Below, one piece after another: positions 9,230 to 18,934 of a DNA stretch of 64,000 nt. The notes beneath the pieces are model-generated. The model had not been told where the DNA came from. It searched no databases and worked only from the letters and a program-made list of their open reading frames with translations. The stretch is from contig OY969807.1 of the NCBI GenBank assembly GCA_963703285.1, forward strand, positions 448,001 through 512,000, in the 5' to 3' direction. This DNA is from an uncultured Nitrososphaerota archaeon. Lineage in GTDB: Archaea > Thermoproteota > Nitrososphaeria > Nitrososphaerales > Gagatemarchaeaceae. Both the position numbers and the translations under genes were made by a program. Numbering within the stretch: position 1 is the stretch's first letter; each line of letters opens with the position of its first letter.

Positions 9230-10719
9230 GAGAGCCGCTTCGTTAGCCAGGCGGGGAGGTCCACCACTTCCACCCTCTCCTGGAGCTTCGTGTCCCTGTT
9301 CCTGACCGTGACCGTCCCCCGGGAGAGTGTCTCGCTGTCGACGGTCACGCAGAAGGGCACCCCTGCCTCGTCCGCGCGGGCGTAGCGCCTCCCGATGGAC
9401 CCGCCCTCGTCGTGGATAGCGTCCAGCTTCACGCGGAGCGCGTCGTATATCTCGGTGGCCTTCTCGGGCAGCCCATCCCTCGAGACGAGGGGGAAGACGC
9501 CGACCTGGACCGGCGCGACGTCCGGCCTCAGGGCCAGGTAGGTCCTGCCCTCCTCGACCCTGTACGCCGCATCGAGCAGCGTGTAGAGGCTCCTGTCTAT
9601 GCCCATTGAAAGCTCGAAGATGTGGGGAAGCACCTTCGTTCCGCCGTCCTCGACCGTGAAGTCGCTCTTGCTCACCTCGGCGTGCCGGCGGAGGTCATAG
9701 TCGGACCTGTAGTTGCAAGCCACCAGCTCGAGCCACCCCCAGGATGTCCTGACCTCGAGGTCGAACGCGACGGTGGAGTAGAACGCCCTCTCCCTATCGC
9801 CCAGCTTCCTGAGCCTGATGTCCCTGGTCGCTATTCCGACGCTCTCGTAAAACGACTGGATAAGGTAGAGGTAGTAGCCTATGAGCCTGTTGGGAATCGT
9901 GCCGGCGGCGATGGCGTCCGAGACTTTGACGGGGACCGGTTCCTCGTCCCCCTCTGAGATGTTGAGCCCATGTGGCAGGGCGACATCGAACCTGGCAAGG
10001 TCGACGTTCCCGGGATTGAAGAGGACCTCGATCTCCGCCTGGTAAAGTTCCCTGAGCCTGATGATCCCCTGGCGGGGCGCGATCTCGTTCCTGAAGGACT
10101 TACCCAGCTGTGCGAAACCCTTGGGGAGCTTGAGGCGCTGCGTCTTGAAGAGGAACGGGACGTCCACGAATATCCCCTGACACGTCTCCGGGCGGAGATA
10201 GGCCTCCTCGCCGAGTGGTCCTATCCCGACCCTGAACATCATGTTGAACCGCTTCGTCCCGCTCAGCGGGTTCTTGCAGTTGCTGCAGACGATGGAGTTC
10301 TCCGTCATGAGGGAGTCGTACTCTGCGTCCTCCAACCCCTCCGGTACCGCCCGCTTTGTCTTCTCCTCGATGAGCTTGTCGGCCCTGTAGATGGCGTGGC
10401 ACCTGGAGCACTCCACGATGGGGTCGCTGAAGGACCCCACGTGACCCGAGGCGACGAAGACGGCTCTGGGGAGAATCTGGGCTGTGTCCACCTCCACCAT
10501 CTCGTCGGCCTTCACGAGCCTCTTCCTCCAGAGCGAGACGTACCTGTTCTTGAAGAGGACCCCGAGGGGCCCGTAGTCCCAGAACCCGGCCGGCACGTTT
10601 GGATACGAGTCTGCCGTCCTGAAGAAGAAGCCCCTGCGCGCCGCCAGATTCATGACCTCGTCGTACCTCCCGGTCCTCTGGGCTGGCAATCCCTCCGCGG
10701 TCTCCTGTGTCTCTGGCAA
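9226..10719 (-). CDS. glyS: Glycyl-tRNA synthetase (alpha2 type)
   Basis: YLRPETCQGIF, GKSFRNEIAPRQGIIRLRE, ELSMGIDR, GSIGRRYARADE. Confidence 0.95.
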   Translation of the reverse strand: MPETQETAEGLPAQRTGRYDEVMNLAARRGFFFRTADSYPNVPAGFWDYGPLGVLFKNRYVSLWRKRLVKADEMVEVDTAQILPRAVFVASGHVGSFSDPIVECSRCHAIYRADKLIEEKTKRAVPEGLEDAEYDSLMTENSIVCSNCKNPLSGTKRFNMMFRVGIGPLGEEAYLRPETCQGIFVDVPFLFKTQRLKLPKGFAQLGKSFRNEIAPRQGIIRLRELYQAEIEVLFNPGNVDLARFDVALPHGLNISEGDEEPVPVKVSDAIAAGTIPNRLIGYYLYLIQSFYESVGIATRDIRLRKLGDRERAFYSTVAFDLEVRTSWGWLELVACNYRSDYDLRRHAEVSKSDFTVEDGGTKVLPHIFELSMGIDRSLYTLLDAAYRVEEGRTYLALRPDVAPVQVGVFPLVSRDGLPEKATEIYDALRVKLDAIHDEGGSIGRRYARADEAGVPFCVTVDSETLSRGTVTVRNRDTKLQERVEVVDLPAWLTKRLS

Positions 10720-10820
10720 CTGCTACGAGGAAAACGCCCTCGGTGGACGTCTTAAATCTCTTCTTCGGCGCGGGCCGTCCTCCCGGTACCCGTCTGCCGG
10801 TGGCGGGAGCCGGCCTCCGG

Positions 10821-11000
10821 TCAGATCGCTTTGATCTGCTTCACGACGCTGGGCCTTACCTTTCTGAAGACCCTGTACCCGCAGATGCACTTCACTTCGG
10901 GGAGGTTGCTGAGCTCCTCCTGGCTGGTCTTGGTCCCGCACCTCACGCACTCGTATATCGAGCTCTGGAAGACCTTGACCGGCTCTTCTGTCTCTGCCAT
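10821..11000 (-). CDS. rpoP: DNA-directed RNA polymerase subunit P (Rpo12)
   Basis: YECVRCG...VKCICGYRVFRKVRP zinc ribbon. Confidence 0.9.
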   Translation of the reverse strand: MAETEEPVKVFQSSIYECVRCGTKTSQEELSNLPEVKCICGYRVFRKVRPSVVKQIKAI

Positions 11001-11118
11001 GTTTCCGAGTGAACTCGGCGCCTGCATCTATTTCTGTCTTGCTCTGCTTTCCGGCTCCGTCCTACGTTCCCCGGACAAAACGTTAAATCCGGCTCCGGGG
11101 GGAGACCGCCCACACGAC

Positions 11119-11415
11119 ATGGCCAACGACAGGGCTCTTGGCGGTGCGATTCTCGGCGGCAGCATCCTCGGAATCATCGTCTACGGGCTCCTGCTCTACT
11201 TCTGGCCAACCATAATACTCGAGATAACCGCCTTCCTCGCCGTGGTCATCCTCCTCGGGATCCTCGCCTGGATCGGCTGGACGATGGCGACGACCCCGCC
11301 CCCGGAGCCGATAACCGAGTCCCCGCCGCCCCCGGCGGCACCCCCGACGACGCCCGCGACGCCCGCCACGCCTGAGACCCCCACCCCTCCTCCCCCGACT
11401 GAGAAGGAAGCATAG
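11119..11415 (+). CDS. Small conserved archaeal two-TM membrane protein with Pro/Thr-rich tail
   Basis: MANDRALGG...LAWIGWTMATTPPPEPI; two hydrophobic helices. Confidence 0.75.
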   Translation: MANDRALGGAILGGSILGIIVYGLLLYFWPTIILEITAFLAVVILLGILAWIGWTMATTPPPEPITESPPPPAAPPTTPATPATPETPTPPPPTEKEA

Positions 11416-11418
11416 CCC

Positions 11419-12159
11419 TCAGCGCGCCGCTTGCGCTCGCCTGTAGTTCCTGAACCGCATCGCGAGCACGCTTCGGAAGAACTCCCAGACCTCCTTCTCC
11501 GACATCTTGGATTCCCCCCTCTCGCGAAGCTCGAAGACGAACGGGACCTCCGCCATGCTGAGGCCGTTCTCCTTGAAGACGTAGAGCGACTCCACCTGGA
11601 AGATGAACCCCGTCGAGTGGAGTCTGGCCCCGAGGAGCGTGTCGACAGCCCTGCGGTCGAGGGCCTTGAAACCCGTCGTCGTGTCGTGGACCTTCAGCCC
11701 CAGGACCGTCCTTGCGAGCCGGTTCGCGCCCCTGCTCACCATCTTCCTCCTGCCCTTCAGCCCCCTGAAGCTCCCACCCTCGATGTACCTGGAACCTACG
11801 GCGACGTCGACTCCGCCCGAGACCACGTCGACGAGCGGCTTCACGCTCTCCGGAGGGTGCTGTAGGTCCGAGTCCATCTGCACGAAGACTGCGGGTTCGA
11901 AGAGCTCGATGGCCTTCCTGAAGCCGTCCAGGTAGGCGGTGCCGAGCCCCATCTTCCCCTCCCTCTCGAGAAGGTGGACGTAGTCGTGCGTGCCCGCGAG
12001 CCTCGAGATCTCCGACCCCGTCCCGTCAGGGCTGCCGTCGTCGACGAAGAGGAGGTGGAGGTCCCCTCCGAGCGCGGCTCTGACCGGCTCGAGCCTCTCC
12101 AATAGCGGTCCTACGTTCTCCCTCTCGTTGAAGGTCGGGACGACGACGACCACGCTCAC
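11419..12159 (-). CDS. Polyprenol-phosphate mannosyltransferase (GT2, DPM1-like)
   Basis: VVPTFNERENV, VDDGSPDGT, QMDSDLQHPP, GSRY, GESKM. Confidence 0.9.
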   Translation of the reverse strand: MSVVVVVPTFNERENVGPLLERLEPVRAALGGDLHLLFVDDGSPDGTGSEISRLAGTHDYVHLLEREGKMGLGTAYLDGFRKAIELFEPAVFVQMDSDLQHPPESVKPLVDVVSGGVDVAVGSRYIEGGSFRGLKGRRKMVSRGANRLARTVLGLKVHDTTTGFKALDRRAVDTLLGARLHSTGFIFQVESLYVFKENGLSMAEVPFVFELRERGESKMSEKEVWEFFRSVLAMRFRNYRRAQAAR

Positions 12160-12180
12160 TTCTCTCGCGCCCCGGGCGGC

Positions 12181-13302
12181 CTAGCCGCTCCGAATGGCCT
12201 TCCCAAGCTCCGAGGCGATGTAGCCGACCTCCTCCTCGGTGACCTCCGGGTGGACGGGGAGAGACAGGACATGGTCGACCGCGTCGTACACGCCGGGGAG
12301 TTCCTCCGCTCCGTGCCCGAGGTTGCGGTAGAGCTCCATCCGGTTTACGGGGGTCCTCCAGTACACCGAGGAGCCGATCCCTCTCGCCCTCAGCCTGTCG
12401 TTCACGCCGTCCCTGTCCCTGTCGAGGTGGACCGTGTAGAGGTACCAGATGTGCGTCCTGTCGGCCTTCGTCTGCCTCATGGTCACGCCCCCGAGCCCGG
12501 CTATCGACTCTCCCAGGGCGGCCGCGTTCCTCCTCCGCGCGGCGATGAACTCCGCGAGCCTGTCCATCTGGACGGCCGCCAGGGCCGCAGCCACCTCCGG
12601 CATCCTGAAGTTGTACCCGAGTATCCGCGTGTCGTAACCGTCCCGCATGCCGTGGTTCCTCATCATCCTCAGCCTGTCGGCGAGGTCGTCGTCGTTGGTC
12701 GAGATGGCTCCGCCCTCCCCTGAGGTGATGACCTTGGTGGCGTAGAGGCTGAAGCAGCCCGCGTCGTCGGTCGCCCCCGTCTGCCTTCCCTTGTACTCGG
12801 CGCCGAGGGACTCCGCCGCGTCCTCAATCACCTTCACGGAGTTCTTCGCCGCGATCTCCCTTATCTCGTCGAGGTCCACCGGGTAGCCGTAGAGGTGGAC
12901 CGGGATTATCGCCTTCGTCCTGCTCGTCACCTTCCTCTCGACGTCCCTCGGGTCTATCGTGTAGTCGGACTGGACGTCCACGAAGACGGGCTTGGCGCTG
13001 CAGGCGACGACCACGTTGGCGGTGGCCTCGAAGGTGAAGGCGGGGATGATGACCTCGTCGCCGGCCCGGATGTTGTAGGCCATCAGCGAGGTCTGAAGCG
13101 CGGCGGTCCCTGAGTTGACCGCTATCACGTGCTTCACCCCGAGCTGCGAGGCGAGCTTCCGCTCGAACTCCCTGACGTGCTTCCCGCCCTCGTAGCTTGC
13201 ATCGGTGAGGAGTCCGCTCTCCAGGACGTCGGAGACAGCCCGCTTCTCCCTCTCGCCGATGACGGGCTTGTTGATAGGTATGAAGCGCACGGTTCTCGAC
13301 AT
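12181..13302 (-). CDS. DegT/DnrJ/EryC1/StrS PLP-dependent aminotransferase
   Basis: NSGTAAL, PVHLYG, IEDAAESLG, FSLYATKVITSGEGG, GYNFRM. Confidence 0.92.
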   Translation of the reverse strand: MSRTVRFIPINKPVIGEREKRAVSDVLESGLLTDASYEGGKHVREFERKLASQLGVKHVIAVNSGTAALQTSLMAYNIRAGDEVIIPAFTFEATANVVVACSAKPVFVDVQSDYTIDPRDVERKVTSRTKAIIPVHLYGYPVDLDEIREIAAKNSVKVIEDAAESLGAEYKGRQTGATDDAGCFSLYATKVITSGEGGAISTNDDDLADRLRMMRNHGMRDGYDTRILGYNFRMPEVAAALAAVQMDRLAEFIAARRRNAAALGESIAGLGGVTMRQTKADRTHIWYLYTVHLDRDRDGVNDRLRARGIGSSVYWRTPVNRMELYRNLGHGAEELPGVYDAVDHVLSLPVHPEVTEEEVGYIASELGKAIRSG

Positions 13303-13303
13303 C

Positions 13304-14365
13304 CTAGGCCGCCAGGACCTCCCGCGTAATCTCCCTTCCCTTGAAGTGGTCCCTGACGGGCGCCAGCACCTCGGCCAGGCCCTTCGAGACGGCCCCCTTG
13401 AGGTCCGTCGGGTGGAGCTTCCCCGCGGCGTAGTCCCCCTCGACCTCGGCGTAGCTTCCGTAGGTCACGTCCCCCCCGTACTTTTCGTCCCTCTCTATGC
13501 TGAGCGACGGAGCCTCGTGGAAGAGTACGTACTTGGTGAACTCGAGCACGGGGTTCCCCTCGACGACCCTCTCGGGGCACCAGGCCTTCGCGACCTTCCT
13601 GGCTATCTCGTCGGGCGAGTCGTGGATGAAGATCGCGCTGTCTGGCTTCGACTTGCTCATCTTGCTGGTGATGACCCTGTCGGCGACGACGTCCTCGTCT
13701 ATGCCGGAGCTCCTGGGCTCGCCTAGCCCGGCCAGGATGTGGTGGTGGACCGCCACGGGCTTCTTCCACTTGAGCGACGGGAAGACCTCCCTGGCGAGCA
13801 TGTGCACCTTCCTCTGGTCCATCCCCGCCTGGACGACGTCGAGGTCCATCGCCCGGATGTCGGTCGCCTGCATCGGCGGGTAGAGGTACTGCGCGACGTC
13901 GAGCTTCTCCTTGGTGGACCGCCCCATGATCGTCAGGCATCGCACGTCCCTCTCGAGGCTGATCTGCTTCGAGAACCTGAGGAGGTTCCTCCAATACTCG
14001 TCGTTCCCCTTGTAGAGGTCGCTCCCGTACTTCACATCGACCCCCGGACAGACGAACCTGAACGCCTCCGCGTAGTAGTCCCTGGCGACGCGCTCTATCT
14101 TGGCCCAGTCGCCACCCCACTTGTTGTTGATGTAGCTGTGCCAGTCGGCGAGGAAGACGGTGCAGCTCATCCCGGCCCTGATGAAGTCGTTGATCTTGAA
14201 GCCGTTTATCAGCAGCGAGCCCAGGTTGAGGACGCCAGAGACCTCGAGCCCGATGTAGTGCTTCGGGTGCGGCTCCCTCTCGAAGAGGGCGCGGAGCTCC
14301 TGCTCGGTGACTATCTCCTCGGTGGGCGGCCTCTTCACGAGCTCGACCTTCTCTTCCAGTTCCAT
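13304..14365 (-). CDS. tyrS: Tyrosyl-tRNA synthetase (archaeal type)
   Basis: YIGLEVSG, LADWHS, YPPMQATD, GMDQRKVHMLARE, KMSKS, LHPTDLK. Confidence 0.95.
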   Translation of the reverse strand: MELEEKVELVKRPPTEEIVTEQELRALFEREPHPKHYIGLEVSGVLNLGSLLINGFKINDFIRAGMSCTVFLADWHSYINNKWGGDWAKIERVARDYYAEAFRFVCPGVDVKYGSDLYKGNDEYWRNLLRFSKQISLERDVRCLTIMGRSTKEKLDVAQYLYPPMQATDIRAMDLDVVQAGMDQRKVHMLAREVFPSLKWKKPVAVHHHILAGLGEPRSSGIDEDVVADRVITSKMSKSKPDSAIFIHDSPDEIARKVAKAWCPERVVEGNPVLEFTKYVLFHEAPSLSIERDEKYGGDVTYGSYAEVEGDYAAGKLHPTDLKGAVSKGLAEVLAPVRDHFKGREITREVLAA

Positions 14366-14464
14366 TCGTCAGGGGCCCAGCCTCGTTCGTGATTTAAGGT
14401 ATTGTCCGAGGCGTCCTACTGCGTCCCGGCGCCGCGAACCGAAGGCGCGGGTCCACGGACGAGG

Positions 14465-14824
14465 CTATGTCTCTTGCTTCAGGACGTTGGCGTAGAAGAG
14501 GTAGAGGTAGAGGACCGTCAAGACCAGGAAGAGGGGGACCGAGACGAACGCAAGAGACTGGACTGCGCCCCCTACGACCGTCAAGCCGACGTACACCTGG
14601 TAGAGCGCGACGATGACACCGAAGACCGAGCTCGCCGCGACCACGGGCTTCGTGAGCCAGCTCGAGGCCCACATCACCAGGAGGGCTCCGCTCGCGAAGC
14701 ACGCGAGAGCAGCCCAGACGAGCACGACGCCTCCGCCTGCGGCTACGATGCCCGCCCATGCGACGCCGGCCACGAAGAAGAGGATGGTGGGGACCCTCAG
14801 GAGGTTGCTCTGCTCCGGCTTCAC
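14465..14824 (-). CDS. Small four-TM membrane protein
   Basis: Hydrophobic ORF; probable GTG start at 14824 downstream of a TATA-like element. Confidence 0.6.
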   Translation of the reverse strand: MKPEQSNLLRVPTILFFVAGVAWAGIVAAGGGVVLVWAALACFASGALLVMWASSWLTKPVVAASSVFGVIVALYQVYVGLTVVGGAVQSLAFVSVPLFLVLTVLYLYLFYANVLKQET

Positions 14825-14963
14825 ATCGCAAGCGAAATCCTGTCCGGATATAAATGTAGTAATCTGAGCGCGCGTGTTTCGGTCGCGGAGGCGCGGCGAA
14901 TCTCCGCCAACTATAAATCCACGGGGCGAGTCACCGGCCTTCCTTCTTCGGTGTGCTGCTACG

Positions 14964-17900
14964 ATGTTGACGACCATCAATGAACCGCTTGACCTCGCCG
15001 CGAAGCTCTCCGGGCTTCTGGCGCCAGCCTCGGAGCTCGAAGAGGGGTTGCTCGTCTCAGCGGTCTACGACGGCGAGAAGAGGCTCGCGGTCCTCAAGTT
15101 CTACGACCCGAAGCTCGACAGGGTCTGGAGGTGGGAGGACAACACCGGGCACAGGCCCTACTGCTTCAGCAAGCAGCCCATGAGCGAGCTCAGCTCGCTG
15201 CGTTCGAGGCCGGACATCGTCGGGATTGAGGAGGTCCAGAAGCTCGACCTGCTCTCGGACTCGACCATCGAGGTGAGGAAGATCGTCGCCTCGGACCCGC
15301 TGGCCATCGGTGGCTCTCCCGGGAAGAGCGTCCGTGACGAGATGGAGGTATGGGAGGCCGACATAAAGTACTACGAGAACTACATCTACGACAGGAACCT
15401 CAGGATCGGGACCTACTACAGGATACGTGACGGCCGGATAATCGCGGTCGAGAAGGAGATGCCCGAGATCGTCGCCCGCTCGCTCGACCAGATACTTGCG
15501 AAGAACACGGGGGGGCAGAACAGGTTCATACGCGAGTGGGCCGAGCTCCTGTCGCAGCCGCTCTGTCCGTTCAAGCGCATCGCGATGGACATCGAGGTCG
15601 CGAACGAGGAGTCCAGGATACCCGACCCTGAGAAGGCCGACAGGGACGTGATAGCGATCTCGTTCCACAACGACTCCGAGTCGCTGGTCTATGCGGTCGC
15701 GAGGGAGGGAGACCGCTCCCTCGAAGGGGCCGCGACGAGCTACTCGGCAGTCCTCTTCGACGATGAGGAGACCATGATTCGCGCCGCCTTCTCCAAGATC
15801 ATGGACTACCCCTTCCTGATAACCTTCAACGGCGACGACTTCGACCTGAGGTACCTCGTCCACAGGGCGGAGAAGAAGGGGATCAAGCCCGACGAGATAC
15901 CGATCTCCCTCATGCGGCAGGAGGCAGCGCTGAAGCATGGCGTCCACATCGACCTCTACCGTTTCTTCAACAACCGCTCAATCCAGATCTACGTCTACGG
16001 CAACAAGTACAGCGAGCACACCCTCAACGGCGTCTCGGAGGCGGTCCTGGGCAAGTCCAAGATAGAGTTCGAGGGGAATGTGGCGGACCTCCCGCTGCTC
16101 GAGCTCTCGAACTACTGCCTGAACGACTCGCAGCTGACCTACGAGCTTACGAGCCTCAACGGGTCGCTCATGATGAAGATCCTCCTGGTCATCTCGCGCA
16201 TCGCCAAGATGCCGATGAACGACGTTGCCAGGGTTGGCGTTTCGAACTGGATCAGGTCGATGCTCTTCTACGAGCACCGGAGGATGAACGCGATCATCCC
16301 CCGCAAAGACGAGCTCGCCCAGAAGGGCGGCGCCTCCTCCGAGGCGATAATCAAGGGGAAGAAGTACAAGGGCGGGCTTGTCATAGAGCCGACGCCCGGG
16401 GTCCACTTCGGCGTCTCGGTACTAGACTTCGCGAGCCTGTACCCGTCGATCATCAAGGTCCACAACCTCTCCTACGAGACCGTCAACTGCCCGCACGAGG
16501 AGTGCCGCTCGAACAAGGTCCCAGACACGGACAACTGGGTCTGCACGAAGAGGTCCGGCATCGAGAGCCTGGTCACGGGGTCGCTGAGGGACCTGAGGGT
16601 CGGTCACTACAAGCATCTCGCGAAGGATAAATCGCTCTCCGTTGAGGAAATGGAGCTGAATTCGGTCGTTTCACAGGGATTAAAGGTGATTTTGAACGCC
16701 AGTTACGGCGTGATGGGTTTTGAGACGTTCGCGCTCTACTGTCTCCCGGTCGCCGAGGCCACGGCCGCGTACGGGAGGTACGCCATCACCAAGACGATAG
16801 ACAAGTGCAAGCATGAGGGAATCTCTGTGATCTACTCCGACACGGACAGCCTCTTCGTCGAGAATCCGAACAAGTCGAAGATTGACGAGCTGACGAGGTG
16901 GGCGGAGCACGACCTGGGCGTCGAGCTCGACGTCGACAAGAGCTACCGTTATGTCGCGTTCAGCGAGAGGAAGAAGAACTACTTCGGCGTGCTGCAGGAC
17001 GGGACGGCCGATATCAAAGGTTTGACTGGCAAGAAGTCGATAAGCGGAGACACTCCTATTCTAGCTCGGATTGACGGAAGCGTCTTCTTCACGAATGTCG
17101 AGGACGTCTTCCGGAAGTTTACCGATGGGAGTCGAGTGGAGTTGCCAACCATCAGCGACGATCTCATCTCAAGCTGGAGCGTGATTGACGACGCGACTTC
17201 ACACGAAGTCCAGGAAATCTATACATTGGGCACGAGCAAAGGGAGACAGCTGAAACTTTCTGGCGACCACAGTATCTTTTTCATCGACAAATATGGCCGG
17301 CTATTCTGCAAGGCCACAAGAGACGTCCAGGTGGGAGACGTACTTGTGGGTGCAAAGTTCATTCCAGACTCGGGAAGACCTTTGACTCTCGATGTTAGCA
17401 AATCTCTGAACCAAACCGTCGAGGTTGACGGCCTGCTTTACTCAGCGAAGACTCACTCGACAAAGGGGACGCCTATCAAAAGGCTCCTTCCTGTTACGGA
17501 AGATTTGGGAATGTTGTTTGGCCTCTTCACCGCCGAGGGGTCTACCGCATCCCGCGAGGGATCAAGGTCCAACGTGATTACGCAGAGCGAAGTCATTAAT
17601 CGAGAGGTTTGCGACGCGCTAAGATCCGCGTGGACGAGGACTTTCGGATGGGACATCAACCCTCTCAGAGACCCAAACAAACGATCATTCTACTTGCCCA
17701 TCCTCTACGCTCAGTTATTCAAGTTCCAATGTGGCGGGAGGAGCGAGTCTAAACATGTTCCTGGCTTCATGTTCTCCGCTTCATTGGAAGTTGTACGGTC
17801 CTATCTTAGGGGTCTATTCTCGGGAGACGGATTCAGCGGCGAGGGTAAAAAAATCGGCATTGCTTCCGAGAGTCGGCTGCTGATTGAACAGACGGCGTAT

Positions 17901-18890
17901 CTACTGGCCTACTTCGACATCGATTGCCGATTCAGAACATGCTACAACTCCAAGTACAAACTCTATTATTATCAGCTGAGCATCATTGGCACCTCGAGTC
18001 GACGAAGGTTCCAAGAGCGCATCGGCTTCCTGCAGCCGAGGTTCCAGAAGATTCCAGCTAATGGCCCGCGAAACAAGGAGTTACTTCCCGTCTCAACCGA
18101 AGGACTGATTCAAGTAAAGAGAAGTATTCTCAAGAGGCTAGGGGTTAGCAGGTTCAGGCACGTCAAGATGCACGACTCTAGGTCGTTCAACCTGAGCCTG
18201 CTGAGCGACTACAATGAGGTCATTGCTTCCTTGGCTGCCCGCGCGGACCCACTCGAGAAGAGCTTGCTTTTGAGCATTCGGAACATGATTAACAACCAAG
18301 ACGCGACCTATGACGAGATCGTATCCGCCAAGCGAGAAGTTGGCTCGTGCAGGATGTACGACTTCTCCGTACCTGGTCTTGAGAGGTTCGTGGCGGGTAA
18401 CCTTCCCTCTCTGCTGCATAACAGCCAAACACCCGAGTTCCTGAAGAAGGCGTTCTACGACTGCCTGGCGATACTGGGCACGGTCTACGGCGCGGACGAC
18501 TTCGAGCGCGCGAGGAGGGAAATCAAGGCCCTGCTCACGAAGATGGTATCTTCTCTCAGGAACAAGGAGATCCCGCTTGACGAGCTCTCTTTCAACGTCA
18601 TGATAGGGAAGGCCGTCTCCGGTTACGCAGGGACGACCCCCCAGCACGTGAGGGCGGCGCAGCTGCTTCAGAGGACCGGGCGGGAGATCAAGGCGGGCGA
18701 CATCATCTCCTTCGTGAAGACGAAGACGCCCCCCAACGTGAAACCCGTCAGCCTTGCGCGGGTCGACGAGGTCGACGTCGACAAGTACCTAGAGTATGCG
18801 AGCTCGATGTTCGACCAGATGCTCGACTCGCTGGGTTTCAGCTTCGACGAGATCCTGGGCTCCACGACGCTCGACGCCTTCTGGTCCTGA
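14964..18890 (+). CDS. polB1: Family B DNA polymerase (crenarchaeal PolB1 type) precursor containing one intein
   Basis: Exo motifs DIEV and FNGDDFD; LDFASLYPSIIK, KVILNASYG, YSDTDS, KKNYFG; C-terminal TTLDAFW PIP-like box. Confidence 0.95.
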   Translation: MLTTINEPLDLAAKLSGLLAPASELEEGLLVSAVYDGEKRLAVLKFYDPKLDRVWRWEDNTGHRPYCFSKQPMSELSSLRSRPDIVGIEEVQKLDLLSDSTIEVRKIVASDPLAIGGSPGKSVRDEMEVWEADIKYYENYIYDRNLRIGTYYRIRDGRIIAVEKEMPEIVARSLDQILAKNTGGQNRFIREWAELLSQPLCPFKRIAMDIEVANEESRIPDPEKADRDVIAISFHNDSESLVYAVAREGDRSLEGAATSYSAVLFDDEETMIRAAFSKIMDYPFLITFNGDDFDLRYLVHRAEKKGIKPDEIPISLMRQEAALKHGVHIDLYRFFNNRSIQIYVYGNKYSEHTLNGVSEAVLGKSKIEFEGNVADLPLLELSNYCLNDSQLTYELTSLNGSLMMKILLVISRIAKMPMNDVARVGVSNWIRSMLFYEHRRMNAIIPRKDELAQKGGASSEAIIKGKKYKGGLVIEPTPGVHFGVSVLDFASLYPSIIKVHNLSYETVNCPHEECRSNKVPDTDNWVCTKRSGIESLVTGSLRDLRVGHYKHLAKDKSLSVEEMELNSVVSQGLKVILNASYGVMGFETFALYCLPVAEATAAYGRYAITKTIDKCKHEGISVIYSDTDSLFVENPNKSKIDELTRWAEHDLGVELDVDKSYRYVAFSERKKNYFGVLQDGTADIKGLTGKKSISGDTPILARIDGSVFFTNVEDVFRKFTDGSRVELPTISDDLISSWSVIDDATSHEVQEIYTLGTSKGRQLKLSGDHSIFFIDKYGRLFCKATRDVQVGDVLVGAKFIPDSGRPLTLDVSKSLNQTVEVDGLLYSAKTHSTKGTPIKRLLPVTEDLGMLFGLFTAEGSTASREGSRSNVITQSEVINREVCDALRSAWTRTFGWDINPLRDPNKRSFYLPILYAQLFKFQCGGRSESKHVPGFMFSASLEVVRSYLRGLFSGDGFSGEGKKIGIASESRLLIEQTAYLLAYFDIDCRFRTCYNSKYKLYYYQLSIIGTSSRRRFQERIGFLQPRFQKIPANGPRNKELLPVSTEGLIQVKRSILKRLGVSRFRHVKMHDSRSFNLSLLSDYNEVIASLAARADPLEKSLLLSIRNMINNQDATYDEIVSAKREVGSCRMYDFSVPGLERFVAGNLPSLLHNSQTPEFLKKAFYDCLAILGTVYGADDFERARREIKALLTKMVSSLRNKEIPLDELSFNVMIGKAVSGYAGTTPQHVRAAQLLQRTGREIKAGDIISFVKTKTPPNVKPVSLARVDEVDVDKYLEYASSMFDQMLDSLGFSFDEILGSTTLDAFWS
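17037..18422 (+). mobile_element. Intein (462 aa) with LAGLIDADG homing endonuclease in PolB1
   Basis: In-frame insert between KGLTGKK and SQTPEFLK; begins SISGDTPIL, block B LSGDHSIF, LAGLIDADG motifs LFGLFTAEGS and YLRGLFSGDG, ends MYDFSVPG...LLHN|S; visibly lower GC than flanks. Confidence 0.93.
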
Positions 18891-18934
18891 GCCATCGCAA
18901 CTCTTATCAAAACGTCCCCGTCGCTACGCGCGGC

